Program-made: the position numbers and the translations under genes | Notes under the pieces: model-generated | The model's database searches: none | Seen by the model: only the letters and a program-made list of their open reading frames with translations | What the model was told of the DNA's origin: nothing | DNA from: Dinoroseobacter sp. | GTDB taxonomy: Bacteria > Pseudomonadota > Alphaproteobacteria > Rhodobacterales > Rhodobacteraceae | Direction of reading: 5' to 3' | Length of the DNA: 64,000 nucleotides | Assembly: GCA_965279125.1 (NCBI GenBank) | Contig: CBDIHL010000038.1 | Span: 124,302-188,301 of the forward strand | Part shown: positions 35,278 through 43,535 of the stretch, in pieces | How positions within the stretch are numbered: the stretch's first letter is position 1 | How the letters are laid out: each line of letters starts with the position of its first letter

Positions 35278-36181
35278 GAGAAACCTGCGTCCGTTCTGAA
35301 TACTGCACAGAGGGTATATTTTTCGGCCGCGCCGTCGCTAGATGCTTCCAATGGGTCAGGATTTTACGCAACCGACCTGCGTCACCGGGCGGGTTGGGCA
35401 AAGCGCGTGTAATGCGCAACGCAAAAGCAAACAAAGCAATACGCGACGAGATCCGCCGCCCGCTCATAGTAACAGCACTGTAGGGTAAGCAGGGCAGCCA
35501 TGGCAGATCGAAACCACTCAATAAGGCATAGATATCATCCTCATAAACACGCCCCTCACCAAAGCCATTCTCTGACATTTGGGCCCCGACGGGATGTGTG
35601 TGGCGCACGGGGCACGCGTCAATAATGGCAAAATCATCTGGTCCGCTGAAGCACTGGTTGCACCAGATAAGATCGATCCCAGACTCGAAGCCGAGCTCGA
35701 ACAGGGGCCGCACTTGTTGCAACACATCCGTCCGGAAGACCGGCGCCATCATCTCAATAAAGGTCGCATAACGCAGTTCCAACCCTGACTGCTGTAGAAC
35801 CCCCGCATAGGAGAAATAGCTGTCATGTGTGAGCGCGGGTTGCGCGATCTTCAAGTTCCTGTCCGCGCAAACCGTGAACAACTTCGATATGGTTTCTGGC
35901 GAGGCTGACAGATCATCATCAAACAGAGCAACAAAGCCGTAACTCGAGATCAGATCAGCATGATCGTGCAAAATCTTGGCCAAACCTGCGACCTTGGGGC
36001 CTGGGCGATATTCCGACAGAACACCCGGCCCACACGGAAGATCGATTTGATCGCTGTAAGCTGATAAAAACACGTCGAAATTTCGTGCCGCGTTTGGCAC
36101 AATCCATTCGGAGTGCAAGCTCTGCGGTCCGACACGCGACAGAAGAAGGAACCGTGCCAACCTTGTTTTGCTCCCGTCCAA
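35264..36181 (-). CDS. DUF707-like protein (GT-A-like fold family)
   Basis: YGFVALFDDDL...LKIAQPALTHDSYFSY resembles the conserved DUF707 core (..W/FDDDL...L.I.QPAL). Start uncertain: TTG at 36181, with no nearby ATG. Confidence 0.5.
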   Translation of the reverse strand: MDGSKTRLARFLLLSRVGPQSLHSEWIVPNAARNFDVFLSAYSDQIDLPCGPGVLSEYRPGPKVAGLAKILHDHADLISSYGFVALFDDDLSASPETISKLFTVCADRNLKIAQPALTHDSYFSYAGVLQQSGLELRYATFIEMMAPVFRTDVLQQVRPLFELGFESGIDLIWCNQCFSGPDDFAIIDACPVRHTHPVGAQMSENGFGEGRVYEDDIYALLSGFDLPWLPCLPYSAVTMSGRRISSRIALFAFALRITRALPNPPGDAGRLRKILTHWKHLATARPKNIPSVQYSERTQVSHVES

Positions 36182-36198
36182 AATGTCATCGTGACATT
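36182..36198. promoter_or_regulatory. palindrome AATGTCA-TCG-TGACATT in the DUF707/gcdH divergent region
   Basis: Perfect 7-bp arms with a 3-nt spacer, about 80 nt upstream of the gcdH start. Confidence 0.35.
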
Positions 36199-36277
36199 AC
36201 AGGTCGGCGGGCTATGGTCAATTCTGGTTTGGTCTTCCCGACCTTGTTTATGACCTACACCCCAACAAAGGCACGCC

Positions 36278-37513
36278 ATGCTATCGTCTCACGATCATTC
36301 CCCCAAATCCACGCCAGAGCAGGCCCGCGCAAAAATGGCACGGATGGCTTGGGAAGACCCGTTCTTGCTAAACGAAGCGCTTACGGACGAAGAGCGAATG
36401 ATACGGGACACCGCTGCTGCCTATTGCGCCGATAAATTGGCGCCCCGTGTGGTCACAGCAAACCGAGAAGAGCGCTTTGACCGCGAGATCATGTCTGAAA
36501 TGGGCGAGATGGGCCTGTTAGGTGCGACAATTCCAGAAGAATATGGCGGTGTGGGCGCGAATTACGTGTCCTACGGGCTGGTCGCGCGCGAAGTAGAGCG
36601 TATCGATTCCGGCTATCGGTCTGCAATGTCCGTTCAATCGAGCCTCGTGATGCACCCGATTTTTGCCTTTGGGACAGAAGACCAGCGCCAAACCTACCTG
36701 CCAAAACTCGCAAGCGGCGAGATGGTGGGCTGCTTTGGGTTGACCGAACCCGATCACGGATCCGATCCTGGTGGCATGATCACACGCGCCAAGCCCGTTG
36801 ACGGCGGTTATCTGATTTCAGGCGCTAAAAATTGGATCACCAATTCACCAATTGCCGATGTCTTTGTTATCTGGGCAAAGTCTGATGCCCATGACGGAAA
36901 GATCAAAGGCTTCTTGCTCGAAAAAGGCATGATGGGGCTTAGCGCCCCAAAGATCGAGGGCAAAATGTCCTTGAGGGCCTCTATCACGGGCATGATTCAG
37001 ATGGACGAGGTGTTTGTTCCCGAAGCGAACTTATTGCCACATGTCAGTGGGCTTGCCGGGCCATTTGGATGCCTTAATCGCGCGCGCTATGGTATTTCCT
37101 GGGGTGCGATGGGTGCCGCCGAAGCGTGCTGGCACGCGGCGCGCAGCTATACGATGGACCGCAAGCAATTCGGCAAACCACTGGCGGCGACCCAACTGAT
37201 CCAAAAGAAACTGGCCGATATGCAGACCGAGATTTCGCTGGGACTGCTTGGCGCGCTGCAGTTAGGCCGCCTGTTTGATGCGCATACTGCGTCAGCAGAA
37301 ACCATTAGCTTAATGAAGCGCAACAACTGCGGGAAGGCCCTCGTAATTGCGCGCGAAGCCCGCGACATGCATGGTGGCAACGGGGTCAGTGACGAGTATG
37401 GTGTAATCCGCCACGTTATGAACCTTGAGGCCGTAAATACCTATGAAGGCACTCACGACATTCACGCCCTAATCTTGGGGCGCGCACAAACAGGTTTGCA
37501 GGCTTTCATGTAA
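36278..37513 (+). CDS. gcdH: glutaryl-CoA dehydrogenase (acyl-CoA dehydrogenase family)
   Basis: [35 protein letters not shown]-terminus is typical of GCDH. ACAD motifs [14 protein letters not shown] and [14 protein letters not shown]. Confidence 0.8.
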   Translation: MLSSHDHSPKSTPEQARAKMARMAWEDPFLLNEALTDEERMIRDTAAAYCADKLAPRVVTANREERFDREIMSEMGEMGLLGATIPEEYGGVGANYVSYGLVAREVERIDSGYRSAMSVQSSLVMHPIFAFGTEDQRQTYLPKLASGEMVGCFGLTEPDHGSDPGGMITRAKPVDGGYLISGAKNWITNSPIADVFVIWAKSDAHDGKIKGFLLEKGMMGLSAPKIEGKMSLRASITGMIQMDEVFVPEANLLPHVSGLAGPFGCLNRARYGISWGAMGAAEACWHAARSYTMDRKQFGKPLAATQLIQKKLADMQTEISLGLLGALQLGRLFDAHTASAETISLMKRNNCGKALVIAREARDMHGGNGVSDEYGVIRHVMNLEAVNTYEGTHDIHALILGRAQTGLQAFM

Positions 37514-37907
37514 GCAGGATCATTAGAACCAATCTACTGACCCAAGTTGATATGGCTCTGTGGGGGGCGCGCGAGGACACGGCAATATCATTATTTGCGT
37601 GACCGGAGATACGCTCGCGCAGATCTGACAGTCGAATTTGTGTAATAAGCACGTCGAGATCAACACCGGGGCTCGCAAGGCCCGTCAACACCAAGGCAAG
37701 ATTGTTTAGAATCTGGCGCACTCGGTCGAGGTCTTGCAATTCTATAACCAAATTTTCCGAAGCTGGACGACTTCCACGTATTGCTTTGCCCAATGCACTT
37801 TCAATCCGGGTGCACGAGCGCGCAAGATCTTCCACTTCATGCCCGCAGGCGCTCAGTATCATCTCGCGGCTAAGCGGTCTTTTTGAAGCGTTTTGTTTGC
37901 GTGTCAT
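37506..37907 (-). CDS. hypothetical protein, last gene of the che operon
   Basis: ATGA start/stop overlap with the upstream cheY indicates translational coupling. No recognisable motif. Confidence 0.5.
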   Translation of the reverse strand: MTRKQNASKRPLSREMILSACGHEVEDLARSCTRIESALGKAIRGSRPASENLVIELQDLDRVRQILNNLALVLTGLASPGVDLDVLITQIRLSDLRERISGHANNDIAVSSRAPHRAISTWVSRLVLMILLT

Positions 37908-38290
37908 AATCGACCAACCACGGCTTCGATACAGTGGCGCAAATCGAGCGGTGTGAACGGCTTTGCCAAGTAGTTGTTCAAACCGAGGGCACGCCCGCGC
38001 TCCACAAGTTCCTTTGTGGCCCGTCCTGTGATCATTATGAACCCGGTGGACTGGGTCTTGGCATTCTGTCGCACAGCCTCAAGCAGCGCCAATCCATCCA
38101 TGCCGGGCATGTTATAATCCGATAGGACCAAATGAGCAGGCGCGCGTGTGAGGCTTTCCATCGCTTGTGCCCCGCTATCAGCGGTTTCAACATGCTGTAT
38201 TCCAAAGTCTTCGAGCGCCTGCGTGATAAGACCTCGACTTGTGGACATGTCATCCACAACCAGTAATTTGAGCTGATCACGAAGCGCCAT
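37904..38290 (-). CDS. cheY: chemotaxis response regulator CheY
   Basis: Single REC domain (LLVVDDMS, LSDYNMPGMDG, KPF). Confidence 0.9.
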   Translation of the reverse strand: MALRDQLKLLVVDDMSTSRGLITQALEDFGIQHVETADSGAQAMESLTRAPAHLVLSDYNMPGMDGLALLEAVRQNAKTQSTGFIMITGRATKELVERGRALGLNNYLAKPFTPLDLRHCIEAVVGRL

Positions 38291-39194
38291 GGCTTATTTC
38301 CTTCTGGAATATAGGGAAGTCACTCGAAGCCTCCATTTGAAAGGCCGAAAGACCAATTGAGCGATATCCGAGGCTTTCACATTCGATAAGTCGCTCTGAA
38401 TGGCCCAAAAAGAGCAGCCCGCTTTCTGCAGTTGCCGCCGCAAACTTTGGCCACAAAAGAGCCTGTGTTGTCTCGTCGAAATAGATCACCACATTTCGGC
38501 AGAAGATCGCATCAAACTTGTGTCTCATCGGCCAAGCTCCGATCAAGTTGTGTGTATTAAAGGTTACGAGCCCTCGAATTTCAGGCCGAACAGTGACACT
38601 AGGTTGGCAACCTAAGGCCGTGGGGTCCATACTCCGGTTTTTCCGTCGCTCGAGCATCGTTTGCCGCATTGGCAAGGGAATGTGTCTCACACTCGCTTGA
38701 GGATAGATGCCTTGGCGCGCCTGCTCGATCATTTCATGATCTATATCTGTCGCCAAAATACGTATGTCCCACTTTTGAAAATCAGGCAAAACGTCCGCAA
38801 TAGTCATGGCAATCGAATAGGGTTCCATACCGGTAGAGCAGCCTGCAGACCAAAATCGCAAAACGTGCCCTTGGCGTGCGCGCTTAGACCATCTATCCGT
38901 CATATGGCTGCGTAAGAGATCGAAATGATGCGGTTCCCGAAAGAACTGCGTTACGTTTGTCGTCAGCGCACTGACTAGATTTCCGAGTTCAACCGGGTCG
39001 GTGCTGTGCTTTAAGTCTTGGATATAGCCGTCCACATCTTGCAAACCGAGCACGCGCATGCGTTTGACAAGCCGCGAAAACACCATTGCGTTTTTGCTCG
39101 GGCTTATGGCCAATCCAGCTTCCCGAAATGCAATCTCGGCAACTGTTTGAAACTGCCCCATTGATAGGACACCGTTTTCCGGGGCGACCTTCAT
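38277..39194 (-). CDS. cheR: chemotaxis protein methyltransferase CheR
   Basis: CheR N-terminal helical and SAM-binding regions (LRFWSAGCSTGMEPYSIAM, DAIFCRNVVIYFD). ATG 39194 forms an ATGA overlap with the cheW stop. Confidence 0.9.
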   Translation of the reverse strand: MKVAPENGVLSMGQFQTVAEIAFREAGLAISPSKNAMVFSRLVKRMRVLGLQDVDGYIQDLKHSTDPVELGNLVSALTTNVTQFFREPHHFDLLRSHMTDRWSKRARQGHVLRFWSAGCSTGMEPYSIAMTIADVLPDFQKWDIRILATDIDHEMIEQARQGIYPQASVRHIPLPMRQTMLERRKNRSMDPTALGCQPSVTVRPEIRGLVTFNTHNLIGAWPMRHKFDAIFCRNVVIYFDETTQALLWPKFAAATAESGLLFLGHSERLIECESLGYRSIGLSAFQMEASSDFPIFQKEISHGAS

Positions 39195-39676
39195 TTCCAA
39201 GGGACTTGATGTTGTGGTTGGTCGACGGATACCGCAAGCACCGCGTCAAGGTTCATTACCTTGACCAAGCCGCGCTCCAAAACAGTCAAGGCTTTCAGAA
39301 AGGATGCCGCATAGTCGCCTGCCGTGTTTGGAATGGCTTTCATATCAGCCTGAGAAATCGAAAGAATATCGGACACGGCCTTCACGAGCAGCCCAACAGG
39401 TCCCGTCTCGCTTTCAACAACGACAATCACCGCACGCGGATCATCGGGTAGCGCCCCCATCCCGAGGCGGCGCGCAAGGTCTATGATGGGCAAAACAGTG
39501 CCCCGCAAATTTATTACACCGCGTATATATGCAGGTGCCTGCGGCAAAGGCGTTACCGGCGCACCACTGCGAATTTCTCTGACATGGCTGATATCCAGGC
39601 AAAAATCCTGCTCGCCAACGCAGAAAGATAGATAATCCCGTGTGGATATCTCATCAGGGGTGGCATCAAGGGTCAT
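39191..39676 (-). CDS. cheW: chemotaxis coupling protein CheW
   Basis: CheW-domain sequence (YLSFCVGEQDFCLDISHVREI..., IRGVINLRGTVLPIIDLA). ATGA overlap with cheA. Confidence 0.9.
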   Translation of the reverse strand: MTLDATPDEISTRDYLSFCVGEQDFCLDISHVREIRSGAPVTPLPQAPAYIRGVINLRGTVLPIIDLARRLGMGALPDDPRAVIVVVESETGPVGLLVKAVSDILSISQADMKAIPNTAGDYAASFLKALTVLERGLVKVMNLDAVLAVSVDQPQHQVPWK

Positions 39677-41709
39677 GCGGCAGACTCCAACTCGCTAATT
39701 GCGTTAGGCACCAATGCGCTGGGATCAATGATAAAGGAAACGTTGCCGTTACCGAGAATGGTGGCTGCAGAAACGCCTGCAGGGTGCTGAACTGCGCCTG
39801 GCAAACCTTTGATGACAACCTGTCGCTGATCTTCGATTGCATCGACCCGCACTGCGATACGCTGATCTCTTTCGGTGCTAATGAGCATCGCAATCCCGGC
39901 AGGTCTTGCAACGCCATCGGGCCTAAGCCCAAGCATGGTGCCAAGATCATAAAGGGGGAAAACTTCGCCGCGAAGTATGAAGACGATGGTATCCGGATCG
40001 AGCCGATCGATGCATCCATCCTCTATGCGGCAGGTTTCATGGACAACCGCAAGCGGCAGGACCAAAACTTCGCCAGCCACTTTGACAATCATGCCGTCCA
40101 TAATGGCGAGCGTCAGCGGAAGCGATATGGAAATGAGGGTCCCATTTCCCGGGTCTGAACTGATACGAACACGCCCACCTAGACCTTGGATAGCGCGCTT
40201 GACCACGTCCATACCAACCCCGCGACCGGATAAATCGGTCACTTGGGAAGCGGTCGAGAAACCCGGTTTAAAGAGCAGCGCATTAATCTCAGCATCGCTC
40301 ATAACAGCATCTGCCTTAATCAAACCGCGCGAGACAGCCTTTGCTGTGATGCGTGCTCGATCCAAACCTACACCATCATCATGCATCTCCAATACCACGC
40401 GACCGGATTTATGCTCGGCGCTCAACGTCACCCGCCCTTTAGGCGGTTTGCCGGACGCAACTCGCAGCTCAGGGACTTCCAAGCCGTGGTCGAATGCATT
40501 GCGTATCATATGGGTCAAAGGTTCAGCCAACTGCTCCAGCACGGTTTTGTCGATTTCGGTGGTTTCTCCTCGGGTAATGAAGTCGACCTCTTTTTCGGTC
40601 TTACGCGCCACTTCGCGAACCGTCCGTGCAAGTCGCTGGAACAGAGATTTTACCGGCTGCGCGCGGATAGTCATGACGCTGTCTTGGATGTCGCGGGTCA
40701 ATTGCAGAAAATCATCCAAACCAGACGCGACCTCAGGGGCTTGCATGACGCTTGTCTCGGACAAGTGTTGCGAGAGCATGGATTGATTGATGACCAGCTC
40801 TCCTACGAGGTTCACCAACCGATCAATACGATCAAGATCAACCCGAACGGTATTGGAATGCAGTGTGCGCAAAGGCCCAGGTGCGCTATCTTGATCACTC
40901 GACATAGGTGTCCCGATGGTTTCCACATCGGGATTTTCAGGCGTCACATCGACCGGAGAAATCGTTAAGCAGCATAGGCCTTCCATGAACTGGAAGACGC
41001 TTTCGATGTCTGCCCGACACACCCCAGGCAGGGTACGAAAGCCCCATTCGAGGTAACTTTCTTCGACGGTCATATCTTCGAGCATGGGAATTGAATCTGT
41101 CTTACATTTCAGCGTTCTAACTTCATCAGAGTTCAGCTGAGACAGGGCGGGCATTGGATCGTTGCCGTTTTGATAGAGAGCTGCGCTTGGCGTAAATGTT
41201 ACATCCAATTCATGGGCGTCCATTTGCGCTTGAAGCGTATCTTTTGCGCACGGCTCGATGCTGTCAGGCAATGCAAAGCTCAACGGCTGAGGTGTAAATG
41301 CAAGTGTCGCATCCGCTGTTGGAGCAACAAACGCGTCAAGCTTCGACAGGAGTGCACCGACATCTCCCGAATTGGCCGGCGTCCCCAGTTCTGCGCTTTG
41401 TATCAAGTCGCCCAGCACATCTGCTGCTTGCAGAAACACGCGACATTCATCGCTGTTTGGAGTAAATTGCCTTGATCTCACCGCGTCCAGCACATTTTCA
41501 AACCCATGCGCGAAGAGCACGAGTGCGTCAAACCCAAATGCGCCAGCACCGCCCTTGATTGAATGGACCGCCCGAAAGATTGTGTTGACCGTTTCCGCAT
41601 CGGTTTGGCCTGCGCAAAATGTATCCAGCCGGTCAACGAGATCTTCCATCAACTCCGCGCATTCTAGGAAATAGGTTGTGCGAATGTCTTGCATTGGGTC
41701 ATGCGGCAT
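39673..41709 (-). CDS. cheA: chemotaxis histidine kinase CheA
   Basis: Hpt (FRAVHSIKGGAGAFGF), dimerisation, HATPase (HMIRNAFDHG, DDGVGLD, GRGVGMDVV) and C-terminal CheW-like domains. Confidence 0.95.
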   Translation of the reverse strand: MPHDPMQDIRTTYFLECAELMEDLVDRLDTFCAGQTDAETVNTIFRAVHSIKGGAGAFGFDALVLFAHGFENVLDAVRSRQFTPNSDECRVFLQAADVLGDLIQSAELGTPANSGDVGALLSKLDAFVAPTADATLAFTPQPLSFALPDSIEPCAKDTLQAQMDAHELDVTFTPSAALYQNGNDPMPALSQLNSDEVRTLKCKTDSIPMLEDMTVEESYLEWGFRTLPGVCRADIESVFQFMEGLCCLTISPVDVTPENPDVETIGTPMSSDQDSAPGPLRTLHSNTVRVDLDRIDRLVNLVGELVINQSMLSQHLSETSVMQAPEVASGLDDFLQLTRDIQDSVMTIRAQPVKSLFQRLARTVREVARKTEKEVDFITRGETTEIDKTVLEQLAEPLTHMIRNAFDHGLEVPELRVASGKPPKGRVTLSAEHKSGRVVLEMHDDGVGLDRARITAKAVSRGLIKADAVMSDAEINALLFKPGFSTASQVTDLSGRGVGMDVVKRAIQGLGGRVRISSDPGNGTLISISLPLTLAIMDGMIVKVAGEVLVLPLAVVHETCRIEDGCIDRLDPDTIVFILRGEVFPLYDLGTMLGLRPDGVARPAGIAMLISTERDQRIAVRVDAIEDQRQVVIKGLPGAVQHPAGVSAATILGNGNVSFIIDPSALVPNAISELESAA

Positions 41710-41714
41710 GTCGG

Positions 41715-42095
41715 CTATCCTGCAACCATATCGACCGCGCGCAGCAGCTTTGCGGGATCAAACGGCTTTACGATCCAGCCCGTTGCACCGGCTTCGCGCG
41801 CCTGGTTTTTGAGGTCGTCTTCACTTTCCGTGCTTAGCACAAGGATCGGTGTCAGCCGCGTCTCGGGCAAGGCGCGCACACCCCTGATAAACTCGATCCC
41901 ATTGAGCCTGGGCATATTGATGTCGGTAATTACTGCGTCCGGCGCGCCATGTGCGCTGACATGCGCGCCAAGAACGGCAAGACCGTCTTCACCATCTTCC
42001 GCCACCAAAGTGGTGTGGCCAGCGCCCTCAAGGGTCAGACGCAACATATCGCGGATGGTTCGGGAATCATCGACTGCAAGCACATAGAGTCCCAT
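41715..42095 (-). CDS. cheY: chemotaxis response regulator CheY
   Basis: Single REC domain (VLAVDDS, ITDINMPRLNG, KPF). Confidence 0.9.
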   Translation of the reverse strand: MGLYVLAVDDSRTIRDMLRLTLEGAGHTTLVAEDGEDGLAVLGAHVSAHGAPDAVITDINMPRLNGIEFIRGVRALPETRLTPILVLSTESEDDLKNQAREAGATGWIVKPFDPAKLLRAVDMVAG

Positions 42096-42385
42096 CAGAC
42101 CGTCCCCGTCTCAAACTGAGCACTGGTCAAGCCGATCTGCGCTAACTTTACCGACATCAGGTCGGACGGATTGGACAGGCTTAAGCTTTTGCCATCCGCG
42201 ATCCATGTTTTGCGCGCCGCCAAAAGGACTTGCACGCTAAGCGTTCCGATTTTCGTCACAGCGCTTGCATCGAGCCGCAAGGACGCACCTTGTTTGGCCA
42301 GAAGCATGTCGCGCAACATGGACGCCGCCGCATTGTCGATGCGCGCGGGCAGGGACAGCACCGCTACCATCGCGTCGCCCCCCAA
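42095..42385 (-). CDS. STAS-domain protein, CheS-like (first gene of the che operon)
   Basis: About 96 aa, with the same size and position (immediately upstream of cheY-cheA) as Sinorhizobium CheS. TGATG stop/start overlap with cheY. Confidence 0.55.
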   Translation of the reverse strand: MGGDAMVAVLSLPARIDNAAASMLRDMLLAKQGASLRLDASAVTKIGTLSVQVLLAARKTWIADGKSLSLSNPSDLMSVKLAQIGLTSAQFETGTV

Positions 42386-42408
42386 GAATTATGATCCCAC
42401 TTTAGCAT

Positions 42409-42440
42409 GTCCCGATCCCGTCTGCCCCCGGTCCCGATCC
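42409..42440. repeat. 10-bp perfect direct repeat GTCCCGATCC x2, 22 bp apart, upstream of the che operon
   Basis: Copies at 42409-42418 and 42431-42440, located 24-55 nt upstream of the first che-operon start codon. Confidence 0.55.
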
Positions 42441-42483
42441 TTTCTGCCTGCGAGATGCTAACAAATTCTGAATAAATAAAGCT

Positions 42484-43485
42484 TTAGAGAGTTTGCCCCA
42501 CAGCCCCATCCTGCATCACATAGGCAAGACAGCCAGACAGGGCGGCATAGTCGTCCTCGACCACCGTGATCGGGAAGTTCTGCATGAACCCCGCAAACCG
42601 CCCTTTGTCGAGGAAGGCGGTCTCGAACCCGAAGACGTCCAGATACGGCGAAAAGGCCCGCGCGACGCCGCCCACCAGATAGATGCCCCCGAAAGGCAAG
42701 TGGATCAGCGCCAGATTGCCCACAACCGTTCCAAGAAGCTTGACGAAGAGCCGCCCCGTCGCTTCGGCCATCGGATCGCCTTCGCCCAAGCGCTCCATAA
42801 TGATCGCAGCGCTACAGTCTTCCTGTGCCCCGGCCTCCAGGGTCAGAAAGCTGAACAACCGCTCGAGCCCGCGCCCGGACAGCAAGTCCTCGATGGCCGG
42901 GAAGCCGTGGGCGGTCTCGACGAACCGGCACAGACGCAACTCCTGCTCGGACCGGATCGGCAAATTGGCATGGCCGCATTCGGACGGAGCAACAAGGAAG
43001 TTGCCGCCGACCTTATGCACGGGCGCTGCGTTAAAGCCCGTCCCGACACCGATCACCAATTGGCGATCGGATGCCTCGTTCAGCGGTGCGTTCGCGGTGT
43101 CGCTGCCCGCCACGATCAGATGGCGTGCGTCGTCAGTCAGATGGGGCAGGGCGTAGCCTTGGGCTTGTAGATCGTTCAGCACCGCTGCACGACTGGCGCC
43201 CGTTGCCCGGCGCAGCGCGTCTTCATCAATGGTCCAATCGAGGTTGGTCATGATGCCGACGCCATCGCGCACCGGGCCCGCCATCGCGATGCAGGCCGCG
43301 TCGCACGGGCCTTTGTCCACTGTCGTCAGGTAGTGGCGCAGGATCGGGTCGAGCCCGGCATAATCGGCGTTGCGGTGCCGCGCGATGGTGCCGGGATCAA
43401 GCACTCCATCAATGGCGAGCCCGACGCGGGTATTGGTGCCGCCAACATCTGCGACCAAGGAAATGACAGGGTTTGATGCGGACAT
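42484..43485 (-). CDS. glk: glucokinase
   Basis: N-terminal LVADVGGTNTRV ATP-binding motif. Glk-family length and sequence pattern. Confidence 0.85.
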   Translation of the reverse strand: MSASNPVISLVADVGGTNTRVGLAIDGVLDPGTIARHRNADYAGLDPILRHYLTTVDKGPCDAACIAMAGPVRDGVGIMTNLDWTIDEDALRRATGASRAAVLNDLQAQGYALPHLTDDARHLIVAGSDTANAPLNEASDRQLVIGVGTGFNAAPVHKVGGNFLVAPSECGHANLPIRSEQELRLCRFVETAHGFPAIEDLLSGRGLERLFSFLTLEAGAQEDCSAAIIMERLGEGDPMAEATGRLFVKLLGTVVGNLALIHLPFGGIYLVGGVARAFSPYLDVFGFETAFLDKGRFAGFMQNFPITVVEDDYAALSGCLAYVMQDGAVGQTL

Positions 43486-43535
43486 GGGGGGCCTCCGGCT
43501 GGGACCGAAGCGACACGGCCCCGGCGATGTTTGCG

